A model generated the notes under the pieces. It was not told where the DNA came from. It saw nothing but the letters and a program-made list of their open reading frames with translations, and ran no database searches. Made by a program: the position numbers and the translations under genes. 64,000 nucleotides of DNA from Octopus sinensis (taxonomy: Eukaryota): assembly GCF_006345805.1 (NCBI RefSeq), contig NC_043012.1, positions 15,562,001 to 15,626,000 of the forward strand. The letters run 5' to 3'. Of the stretch, positions 1 through 9,488 are shown one piece after another (the first letter of the stretch is position 1; each line of letters starts with the position of its first letter).

Positions 1-1143
1 GATAAAGTCATCCAGAAGGAGTTATATTCAATGACTGATGTAGCAGCATCATAGTCAGCTGCTACGTGGGTAAAGGAGATGTCTTGGACAAAAGTAGTTA
101 CAGTGATATCACAGTGTTGTGTGAAGCTCTACTGCCTGCTTTGGTGTGGTTTGTATGGTTGGACACCTTTCCTAATGTCTGCTGCTTTATGAAGTGTACT
201 AGATGCTTGTTATGTGTCCCCAGCAGCAGTGAGGTCACCGAGTATCTTGCATAGACAAGGACCTCTTAACTGAGTAGGGGAGTAGTATTGGGGGAGATGG
301 CTTTGTGCCAGGTTATGAGAAGTTTGTGTATGAATAGAGGGACAGAAATAGGTGTCTGGTAATAGAGGAGATACAGAGCTAGCTCAGTTGGAGAGAGAGA
401 GAGAGAGATCTTGGTGAAGATGTAATGGGGCATGCAGCCAAGTGACAGGGAGGTGTATAAAGTGAAGCAGACCAGGGATTGGATCTGGATAGAGTGTGTG
501 GGTAGGTAAATTTCCGAGATTGCGAAAGGTGACTGAAAGGCAGGAGTAGGGGTTAGGGTGAGAAGATGTAGTGAGTGGATACAGGTAGGCAGAGGGTGTG
601 GGTGTTTGGTGGATATGTTGAAGGGAAGAGATTCAACAGAGGCATGTAATGTGCAGGTAGAATATTCAGGCTGGATACAGCCAGTTTAAGTGCTAAAGGG
701 TTAAAAATATTATCATTTGGGAGAGCAATGACCAAACAGGATTTATATTCTTGATTCTTGTATTTATATTCTGCTGCATCACGATATCCAAAGTTTTTTA
801 TAACTCAATTAAAAAATCTTTATTCTTTTTTTGTAGGATGATTGGTAGAAGGTTAACGACTTATTGACCATGACTCAGTGGATGTGTGAAATCTTTGAGT
901 AGGAAACAAGAACTACAGTACAATAAATGGAATGAATTGAATGATCAATAAAAGGGAAGTTCTGGTTGAAATGCAGTATTAATAAGGAAAGAAAATGATA
1001 TTTAAACACCAGACAATTTAATTGATGAATGCATTGCACAGCTTATAGTAGCAAGCATAATCTGTTTTACTGAATGTTTACTGATTTGGAGAAATTCATT
1101 TGATTTATTGTTGTCCAATGGTGAACACTCATCATCCACAATC

Positions 1144-1144
1144 G

Positions 1145-1175
<31 letters not shown>

Positions 1176-1197
1176 CAAAAGTGACGTTGTTGCAAAC
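1144..1197 (-). pseudogene. 28S rRNA fragment (domain V region), about 50 nt
   Basis: The minus strand reads ...cacttttGGATCCTTCGATGTCGGCTCTTCCTATCATTG, matching the conserved eukaryotic LSU motif GATCCTTCGATGTCGGCTCTTCCTATCATTG (1145-1175). Similarity decays on both sides and there is no other rDNA nearby. Confidence 0.85.
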
Positions 1198-1297
1198 AAC
1201 ATATATACACACATATACATGCAACACCCATATATTGATTTTGAATTGGCATCATTAAGTATGAATTAAAACATAACCTTAAGTTTATCGTTCTTTA

Positions 1298-4200
1298 ATG
1301 TCTGGGAAATATTCTAATAAGGATATTTTTCAGAATGCTTCTAGTCCTGATGAAATGTTTTCTAAATGCAACATGGCTTCTTCCGATGCGGTTGACTTAA
1401 TTGCTGATGTAAGCAATCAGACATTTCAGTCTGAAAAACCTTATAAGTGTAGCTACTGTAAAAAATCTTTTACTCAATCTGGCCATTTGACCACACATGT
1501 TCGTACACACACAGGAGACCGGCCATTCCAGTGTCCTTACTGCCCAAAAGCTTTCACTGACCGAGGCAATCTTAACACGCATATTCGTACACATACAGGT
1601 GAGAAACCATTCAAATGTGAATTATGTGAGAAGGCTTTCACATTTCATATTCAATTGAGTCGTCACAAAAAAGTTTGCATGTCCAGGAATACAAATTCCA
1701 CATCAAGTTTTCAGATGGATGAGAAGAACAATAATTATAACACCACCATCGCTGTTGCTAATCAATCTCAATTTAATAATTTTACATCTGATATCAGTCC
1801 TATGCAAAGTGCTCCTTTTAGTGAAAATAGCTTATATTCAGCAGCATCTAGTTTTATCTTAGGTGAGTGTTCTGATGATATGCAACAACCCAGTAATTTG
1901 TTTTTCAGTAAAAATGAAACAAACAGTACAATCTCCAGTTTTCATAATGAACCAGCATCATCAAATAACAGGTACAGTGATACAAAAGATTCCTCTTCCA
2001 TTTGTGGCTCTTCGAAAGATCTACGTGAAATTTCTGCTGACGCAGTTGTGTCCAGTTGTGGTTTGTTAAATACAGAAACTTACGATTTGTATAAGTCTGA
2101 GGATGAATCCTTGCCATACACAAATGTCTCAAAACAGGAGAAACATAAATTCCAGCCCCAAACCAATAGTATATATGTAACTGCTAATATGACTAACGCT
2201 GGTTTTAATAGTCAACAGATTGAAGAAAGTGGAACTAGCTCCATACAGAAAAATGCTTGTCTCTCTGAAAATATCAAGTATGATAAAATTATTTATATTG
2301 ATTCTGATTCACCTAATGGCACTTCTGAAGAAGTTAAATCCACTTTTGATGCTAACACAGCGCCAGAAAATGAAGTTCCTTCATCCAATCCTTCAGATCT
2401 TCTAAGTAGGAGCGACAAGACAACGACTGACATGAGGAACAAAGAGGATTTAATTAATAGCAACACAATTTCAAAGAAACCTGTCCATCGAAAATCTATT
2501 TTTTGTGATGTATGCAAAAAGACTTTCCATCATTCTTACCAGTTAGTAATACACTTGAATTCTCATAATTGCCAAAGAAATTTCGAGTGCAAATTTTGTG
2601 GCAAAACATTCCAGCAAGTTGCTCGTCTCAATTCTCATTTACACACACACACTGGCGCCAAACCTTATAAATGTTCATTTTGTGGTAAAGGGTTTGCTGA
2701 TCGGAGCAACCTTAAGTCTCATCGTCGTCTTCACACAGGTGAAAAGCCATTTAAATGTACATTGTGTTTTCAAGAGTTCACATTTCACATCCAACTTAAT
2801 CGCCACAAACGTAATTGCAAAGCAGCTGAGCCTGTTGTATTGGAGAGCAACACATCATTTAGTAGTTCTGATAATAATAATAATAATAATAATGATGTTG
2901 ATACATTACTACCAACCATCTCAATGCCATCCCATGTTTACAACATTAACAATAGCGGTACCAGTTACAGTATCCAACTTAATCCAGATTTCATAAAAAA
3001 CTGTGATAATTCCAAAACTCTTAATAGCTCAGTGAATTCTTCCTGTGAAGTAGATTCTACTTTAAATCAATCAGATTTGATAGAGTCTGGTAGCAAAGAT
3101 AACATTGTTGATCTTACTGATGAAACACCGGATGATAGTACTGATGAGCAAAATATCTGTTTGAAACCCTGGAAAACTACTGATAGAAACCTTTTATCCA
3201 GGTTGTCTACATTCGATGGTAAACTTCAAGATAATACTTCTAACCAACAGATAGAGTTCCCATCAGAGTTTTCTAAAGACTGCTTAAGGCAATGTCACAT
3301 TGACTTGTCTGAGGATTATGATAACGACCTGACGCCTACTACCAATTGCAATAGTAATACCTCTGACTATAGTTCTTTGTCTTCGGGATCAAAATCAGAG
3401 GAAGCTTTGTTAACTTGCCAATATTGTTACAAGTCATTTTCTAAGAAGGATGACTTAGACAAACATTGTAAGAAAAGCCATAACAAATTTCCTTTAGAAA
3501 CCTTCAAAGTGAAAGCCAATTTGAGCAACATGAAAAAGCCTTATACTTGCAAATTTTGTCCCAAATCATTTCTACAGCCTAGTCATTTAAATGCCCATAT
3601 TAGGACTCACACTGGAGATAAACCTTTCACTTGTCAGTTTTGTAATAAGGCTTTCTCCAATCAAAGCAATCTTAACACTCATATGAGGCTGCACACTAAA
3701 GTGAAACCCTTCAAATGCCTTAGCTGTAACCAGTCCTTTATGTTTCACATTCAGTTGCAACGGCATAAAATCAAATGCTTTGGCAACAAGAACCTCTCCA
3801 TACAATATCCATCCAAAGAGAGAATATCAACTATTTCACTTATCTCTCAAGCAGACAAACTTTCCAGTTTTGAACAAAGTGGAACAGAATTAAGAAACAA
3901 AGAGTCAAGACACTTCATCTCATCCGTTAAAGATGTCAATGGTTCTTCAGACAGTTGTTATATGGAAAACCCTTCAAACGCTACATTATCTCTTCAGGTT
4001 AACACAGCCAACAAAACAGTAACGACAAATGATTGTGAAACACATTACGGCAATTCTTTGAGTCTTGGTGTAATGGAAGAGAATCAAGTGGAAGCTGCTG
4101 CTGATGTTGGTGAAACTAAAGAAAATGTAGCAGAAATCAAAGAAGAATGGAAAAAACACAATATGCCGATGAGAACTGAAATAAATCAGTCTGATACAGC

Positions 4201-7200
4201 TGATTCATTACCAAGAAGTAAGTCTACTACTGAAGAGTTAACGCTTACTGAAAAATCCATTGTAGAATCTACACCGATAGATGGGTCTTTAGAACTGCCT
4301 GATAAAAATCAAATTCCTTTGCAGTCGAATTTGCTGAGTTATCATCCTGGGAAAAAGTTATTTCGTTGTAAATATTGCAAAAGGAATTTTCTTGGACTTT
4401 ATCTACTGTCGGTGCATCTGCGATCCCACAACTTCGCAACGAGTGAGAAAATGTTTGAATGTGCTTTATGTAAAAAGTCTTTTCAGAAGGCTGGCCAGCT
4501 TAATAGCCATGTACGTACGCACACGGGAGTCAAGCCATTTTTGTGTCAGTATTGTGGGAAAGCCTTTGCTGACCGTAGTAACTTGAATACTCACAGGAGA
4601 ACTCACACTGGGGAAAAACCATTTAAATGTTTATTTTGTGGAAAGGCTTTTACATTTCATATCCAGCTTAGTAGACATAAAAGAGTCTGTAAGCCTTCAG
4701 CATTAGCACAGTTACATCATCAATATCAGAAACGAACTAATTCTTTGCAAATTCCTCTTCAAAATACTGTAGAACAAACTAATTTGGCAAATAATTCCAG
4801 TGTTTCAAAGAAACTTGGCCAATCTGGAGATATATTTTTCAGTGACAAAACAACTGATCACATACTCAACAGTAATGAAATCCATTTTGAGGATCCTTTA
4901 TCAGTTCAGGTTTACAATAACCAAGCTGAATCAACAATGCCTTATAGTACCACTAGTCTACAGGAAGAAGCTGAATTACTGGATTGTAACAACAGAGCTG
5001 TTACTGGCAGAAAGTCAGACAATTTGCTCCTTCCAAGACCTGGTAACAGTTTAGAACAGGTTGAACAAAAGCCAAATTTTAATTATCAGGATGCATCCTC
5101 TAGAAAAGCTGTGGAATTAAAAGCTATCTCTACTCAACAGAACTTAACAGAAAATCAATGTAATCCAGATGTATATAGCAATAATGATCCAGAAAATGAT
5201 ATCATAAAATCATCCCGATTTTCTGAAGACCAAGATTCTATAAATAATTCTTTGTCAACTTTTGCATGTAACAAAATATCAGGGACCGCTAACAAAAACT
5301 ATTGCAATGATAATGTTTCCCGAATGAGTTCCTTAACACAATCTGGAGAGGAAGCCAGTTCTTTTGTGAAACCAGGCATATTTTGCAATGATGATGACAA
5401 TGTTGAAATGAGATCCAATGTCTCATCATACACTCAAAGAAGCAACGAGAGTTTGGCCGCAAATAGCAGTTTGTTTCCTTGTTGTTACTGTAGTAAGGTT
5501 TTCAAACTAGTGACTACACTAGCAGTTCATATCAGATTACATACAGGAAGTAAAGTATACGAGTGTGAATTTTGTGGTGAAACTTTTTACCGATTTACAG
5601 ACTTAGCAGTTCACTTGAAGCTTCATCCCCAAGAAATATTGTTTCAGTGCGAATATTGTGATATGACGTTTTCACGTGATTGTCATTTGCGACTCCATGA
5701 AAAGAGCCACTTGTTAAAGGATGGAGTGCTTCAGGAGAGCCTAGCTCAGAAAACCTTGAAGCAGAAATTAAATAATGACAATAATTTCATTTGCCCTATA
5801 TGTTATTGTATGTTTCCCAGCAGTTTTACTTTAGACAACCATTTAACGACTCACACAACTGGGAAATTATATCGGTGCCAAACATGCAAACAAGCTTTTA
5901 CATTTCCTCAGCCTTTCAAAAGGCACATTCAAGAATGCCAACAATTATTGAAAGATCAAGAATCTACTTTTATCCTGGAGCCAATTTCAACCCAGAACTC
6001 TCAGCCATTTTCCTCCCAAAATGTCTTCAGAAAGGATTTGTTGGCTAATAAGACTTCTCGAGAACAGCCACAACCTGTTGGTTTATTTTCAAATACTGGA
6101 AGACTCTCCTCTTTAGCAATGGAATTATGGAAGCTGCCTCCCAATCTTGAGACCATAAACCAGCATAAAAAGCAATTCACAGACAATAACGGTTCAGTTC
6201 TCTTAGCTCCTTCAGAACTTGATGGTAATGAAAACTTAGTGTGTAATTATTGTGAACGTAAATTTTCTTCTTGCAAATCACTTAGTTTACATCTTAAAAC
6301 GCATAATGCAAATTTTAGCACCAAGAAAGTGCATCGTTGTGAATTTTGTATGAAACTCTTTTTCCAGCAGTTGTTACTTGATAAACATAAAAGAACTCAT
6401 CATAACCAAAAGTCGTATAATTTAAAGCGAGAAAGTCTTAAATGTCGATTCTGTGCAAAGACATTTCAACAGTCGAGCCACCTGAAAGCTCATATTCGAC
6501 ACCATACAGGTGACAAGCCTTTCAAGTGCCAATACTGTGGTAAAGCTTTCTCTGATCGCAGTAATTTGAATACTCACATCCGTACACACACAGGAGAAAA
6601 ACCATTCAAATGTACCAAATGTAGGTGTGCATTTACATTTCACATCCAGTTGACACGGCATAAAAGAATTTGTCAGAACCCCAGAGATGAGGCAAACTCA
6701 GCTACAGTCTCTGGAGATAGACAACAACACGAGGAATCTAGATTATCTCAGGCAACAAATTCCTTTAACCATTGTTTCCCAGAATCAACATCAAGTTGTA
6801 GTATTCCTGATGTAGCAAACGAACATTCTGAAAATAGAAATCTTGAAAGTAATTTAAGAATTCCGTTGTCCCCTTTGTTTTTCAGTAGTAATATTTTAGA
6901 AGATAATAACTTAAATCAACCAAGAATTTTGACTTCATCCAATTCAACAGAGCAGCTTGCTTCAAAGCTACCAGAGACATCATCCAAATGTGATTCCAGA
7001 TTATCTGACAGAGTTTCAACTACAAAAAGTAGCAGTCATTCTCCGACTAACCTTCATTCAAATCATTATAACACTGAAACCGATGTTTTGGATTGCAAAC
7101 CTATCATTGAAGTAGATGCTAATATTTATTTGCAACCCACGGTCAGTATAAAATCTGAACCTTTTCCCCCAGATGAACAACTTTTAGTTTGTCCACCTGA

Positions 7201-7651
7201 GATCACTTCTAACATCTCTAACATACCATTTAATGTGAATACAGATAAAATGTTTAATGATACGAGAAATACTTCAGAGTTGGAGAAATTTCCAGATTGT
7301 GCTAAAGAAGAAGATTTGAAACCAGATATTGTATCGGTAGATTATGTTAAATGTCAAGAGGATGAGATTGGTAAAAGACAAATTTCTACAATGGATTCTG
7401 TTCAAGTGGAAGAAAATCCACTTTCAATAAATAATTCATTTTCAGACCCAAATCATTCCACATGCAGTAGTGCAGCTAATAAGTCTTTTGAACATGTGGA
7501 AGATGTTTCTAATACAAATGAGAATGAGAACTCTTCTGGTAAACCTCTTCACAGTTCTACTGCAGTTGATTGTCTATTTGGTAGTGATGTGACTATTCCA
7601 GATAAAGATAACACACATTCTTTGAAACCAAACCACTTAGATGAAACATAA
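1298..7651 (+). CDS. Multi-cluster C2H2/C2HC zinc-finger protein, 2117 aa, single coding exon
   Basis: 6.35-kb open frame with an in-frame TAA at 1280 upstream. 25 CxxC...H/C fingers, many joined by TGEKP-type linkers, in clusters at 1448-1678, 2504-2818, 3416-3778, 4367-4690, 5480-5938 and 6242-6673. S/N-rich spacers separate the clusters. Confidence 0.96.
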   Translation: MSGKYSNKDIFQNASSPDEMFSKCNMASSDAVDLIADVSNQTFQSEKPYKCSYCKKSFTQSGHLTTHVRTHTGDRPFQCPYCPKAFTDRGNLNTHIRTHTGEKPFKCELCEKAFTFHIQLSRHKKVCMSRNTNSTSSFQMDEKNNNYNTTIAVANQSQFNNFTSDISPMQSAPFSENSLYSAASSFILGECSDDMQQPSNLFFSKNETNSTISSFHNEPASSNNRYSDTKDSSSICGSSKDLREISADAVVSSCGLLNTETYDLYKSEDESLPYTNVSKQEKHKFQPQTNSIYVTANMTNAGFNSQQIEESGTSSIQKNACLSENIKYDKIIYIDSDSPNGTSEEVKSTFDANTAPENEVPSSNPSDLLSRSDKTTTDMRNKEDLINSNTISKKPVHRKSIFCDVCKKTFHHSYQLVIHLNSHNCQRNFECKFCGKTFQQVARLNSHLHTHTGAKPYKCSFCGKGFADRSNLKSHRRLHTGEKPFKCTLCFQEFTFHIQLNRHKRNCKAAEPVVLESNTSFSSSDNNNNNNNDVDTLLPTISMPSHVYNINNSGTSYSIQLNPDFIKNCDNSKTLNSSVNSSCEVDSTLNQSDLIESGSKDNIVDLTDETPDDSTDEQNICLKPWKTTDRNLLSRLSTFDGKLQDNTSNQQIEFPSEFSKDCLRQCHIDLSEDYDNDLTPTTNCNSNTSDYSSLSSGSKSEEALLTCQYCYKSFSKKDDLDKHCKKSHNKFPLETFKVKANLSNMKKPYTCKFCPKSFLQPSHLNAHIRTHTGDKPFTCQFCNKAFSNQSNLNTHMRLHTKVKPFKCLSCNQSFMFHIQLQRHKIKCFGNKNLSIQYPSKERISTISLISQADKLSSFEQSGTELRNKESRHFISSVKDVNGSSDSCYMENPSNATLSLQVNTANKTVTTNDCETHYGNSLSLGVMEENQVEAAADVGETKENVAEIKEEWKKHNMPMRTEINQSDTADSLPRSKSTTEELTLTEKSIVESTPIDGSLELPDKNQIPLQSNLLSYHPGKKLFRCKYCKRNFLGLYLLSVHLRSHNFATSEKMFECALCKKSFQKAGQLNSHVRTHTGVKPFLCQYCGKAFADRSNLNTHRRTHTGEKPFKCLFCGKAFTFHIQLSRHKRVCKPSALAQLHHQYQKRTNSLQIPLQNTVEQTNLANNSSVSKKLGQSGDIFFSDKTTDHILNSNEIHFEDPLSVQVYNNQAESTMPYSTTSLQEEAELLDCNNRAVTGRKSDNLLLPRPGNSLEQVEQKPNFNYQDASSRKAVELKAISTQQNLTENQCNPDVYSNNDPENDIIKSSRFSEDQDSINNSLSTFACNKISGTANKNYCNDNVSRMSSLTQSGEEASSFVKPGIFCNDDDNVEMRSNVSSYTQRSNESLAANSSLFPCCYCSKVFKLVTTLAVHIRLHTGSKVYECEFCGETFYRFTDLAVHLKLHPQEILFQCEYCDMTFSRDCHLRLHEKSHLLKDGVLQESLAQKTLKQKLNNDNNFICPICYCMFPSSFTLDNHLTTHTTGKLYRCQTCKQAFTFPQPFKRHIQECQQLLKDQESTFILEPISTQNSQPFSSQNVFRKDLLANKTSREQPQPVGLFSNTGRLSSLAMELWKLPPNLETINQHKKQFTDNNGSVLLAPSELDGNENLVCNYCERKFSSCKSLSLHLKTHNANFSTKKVHRCEFCMKLFFQQLLLDKHKRTHHNQKSYNLKRESLKCRFCAKTFQQSSHLKAHIRHHTGDKPFKCQYCGKAFSDRSNLNTHIRTHTGEKPFKCTKCRCAFTFHIQLTRHKRICQNPRDEANSATVSGDRQQHEESRLSQATNSFNHCFPESTSSCSIPDVANEHSENRNLESNLRIPLSPLFFSSNILEDNNLNQPRILTSSNSTEQLASKLPETSSKCDSRLSDRVSTTKSSSHSPTNLHSNHYNTETDVLDCKPIIEVDANIYLQPTVSIKSEPFPPDEQLLVCPPEITSNISNIPFNVNTDKMFNDTRNTSELEKFPDCAKEEDLKPDIVSVDYVKCQEDEIGKRQISTMDSVQVEENPLSINNSFSDPNHSTCSSAANKSFEHVEDVSNTNENENSSGKPLHSSTAVDCLFGSDVTIPDKDNTHSLKPNHLDET

Positions 7652-7694
7652 TTCACCATAAAACTCACTCTTCATAACCTAAAACAATGAAATT

Positions 7695-7806
7695 ATATTC
7701 TGTTGTGTCTGGGGAGAGTCATTTTCTTTTAGTGCCTTTTTGTGGTGAGTGTGTTACATTATAAGGCACAAAAAGAAAATGACTCTCCCCAGACACAACA
7801 GAATAT
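7695..7806. repeat. Hairpin/MITE-like inverted repeat just after the ZF stop codon
   Basis: 7695-7730 is the exact reverse complement of 7771-7806 (36 bp). After one mismatch, 7 more bp pair (GTGCCTT/AAGGCAC). The loop is 24 nt. Confidence 0.9.
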
Positions 7807-8291
7807 GCTTCAATACACAAACTCACATAAAGAATCTTGCAAACCAAATCCAAAAAACGAAATGAAATTATAGAAGACACAAAACTCAAACAACACCACA
7901 CGACTGTTGTTTATGGTATTATTGAGTGTATTAAATTTTGTGTTGATTTTAGTTCTGCTGATATCACACTTCACGGATACAACCCATTTGTACGATTATA
8001 AGCAAAAACCGTCCAATCTTTTCAAAGTGTATCACTTTCTCTCTCTCTCTTTACAAAACAATCTTCATTACGAAATGTGAAGTGAGATCAAAACGTTCTG
8101 AGATAAAATTTATTGCAGAATGCTTCAAAAGCTTTTTCATCTTCTGTTCATTTTTATAATTTTCACACAATTTTTTTCATTTTTATACAAAGAAAAATAA
8201 ACATATCAATATATCAATCAGTCACACATATTTTATACATTTATCAATTGTTTTTTTTTCCCCAGATTAAATTAGCACATAGACTTGTCTA

Positions 8292-8305
8292 TGTATTACA
8301 ATAAA
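8292..8305 (+). terminator. Candidate polyadenylation signal of the ZF gene
   Basis: TGTA at 8292 followed by AATAAA at 8300-8305 and U-rich downstream sequence. A second AATAAA lies at 8196-8201. Confidence 0.35.
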
Positions 8306-8482
8306 GCTGAATTGAATTTTCATTTTACACTTAATAGATTTCTTTTATCTTTTATGTGTTTCAGTTATTGGACTATGACTATGCTGAGGCAGCATCTTGA
8401 AGAGTTTTTAGTTGAACAAATTGATCCCATTATTTACATTATTTACATTTGACGGATATTCGTCCTCATCTTGTTTATTGTT

Positions 8483-8528
8483 AACACAACGTTTCGGCTG
8501 ATATACCCTCCAGCCTTCATCAGGTGTT
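8483..8528 (-). ncRNA. Minimal type-I hammerhead ribozyme motif (intact core)
   Basis: Minus strand: AACAC-CTGATGA-A-GGCTG-gagggtatat-CAGCC-GAA-ACGT-T-GTGTT. Stem I and stem II are 5 bp each, and the palindromic ACGT replaces stem III. Confidence 0.75.
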
Positions 8529-8817
8529 TTGGGGAAATTTCGAACCTGGGTTCTCATTCCTAAAGTATTTTTCAATGTTATTATCATTATTCAGGTCACT
8601 GCTTGGAATCGAACTTGGAATCCTGGGGTCAGTAGCCTGTGCTCTTAACCACTATGCTATATGCCCGTGAGCATATGGTGTAGTGGTTAAGAGTGTGTGC
8701 TACTAACCCCAAGATTCCAAGTTCGATTCCAAGCAGTGACTTGAATAATAATAATGATAATATAATAACATTGAAAAGTACTTTAGGAATGAGAATACAG
8801 GTTCGAAATTCCCCCAA

Positions 8818-8862
8818 GACACCTGATGAATGCTGGAGGGTATATCAGCCGAAAAGTTGTGT
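8818..8862 (+). ncRNA. Hammerhead motif, degenerate mirror copy
   Basis: GACAC-CTGATGA-A-tGCTG...CAGCC-GAA-AaGT-T-GTGT. It has a stem II G>T change and a broken ACGT palindrome. Confidence 0.55.
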
Positions 8863-9348
8863 GGACAAATATCTGTCAAATGTAAAAGTCTGGTACTTAT
8901 TCTATTGGTCTCTTGCTGAACCATTAGATTACAAGAATGTAAACAAACCAACAACAGTTGTCAAGAAGTGATGTGTGGGTGTTTGTGTGAAAAATAGACA
9001 CAAAGACACACCCACACATAAATAGTCATTATACATATGCCAGTTCTGACACTGTTATTCTCTGTATTGCTCAAGGGGAAAAATGAATTGCTACTGTCTC
9101 TAATGATTGGGTATCTGTCATTGACAAGACCAAGGAAGGTCAAAAATCACACGGTCTGGTGGTCTCAGCACTGGAGGTGGCAGAGATTTATCTCTCTGCT
9201 TGTGATATAAATGAGTGCATTTTGCACCAAAAACCAATATGGGAACGTTTTTTTCCTCGTGGTAACTATTGCAGTATAGTTAGTTCCAACAGAACATCCA
9301 TGTTTAAGTGGGAATAAATATTAAAGAGTAAAGACACACTTCAGTCAG

Positions 9349-9488
9349 GAATTAAGAAACAAAGAGCCAAGATGATTCATCTCATCCATTAAAGATGTCA
9401 ATGGTTCTTCAGACAGTTGTTATATGGAAAACCCTTCAAATGCTACATTATCTCTTCAGGTTAACACAGCCAACAAAACAGTAAAGAC
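9349..9488 (+). pseudogene. 140-bp duplicate of ZF CDS linker 3887-4026
   Basis: Ungapped manual alignment gives 7 mismatches in 140 nt. A SINE fragment follows immediately. Confidence 0.9.

Larger units (their letters stand above)
8431..8885. mobile_element. Palindromic element: two head-to-head tRNA-derived SINE heads, each with a hammerhead-bearing tail
   Basis: Arms 8431-8664 and 8671-8885 are inverted, with a 6-nt loop (ccgtga). A-box TGGTGTAGTGG at 8676 and B-box GTTCGATTCC at 8721; the mirror B-box is at 8605-8614. Confidence 0.85.

Noticed and set aside
8671-8745. tRNA gene
   Set aside because: A and B boxes are present, but it continues into repeat body and is mirrored; it is a SINE head, not a tRNA.
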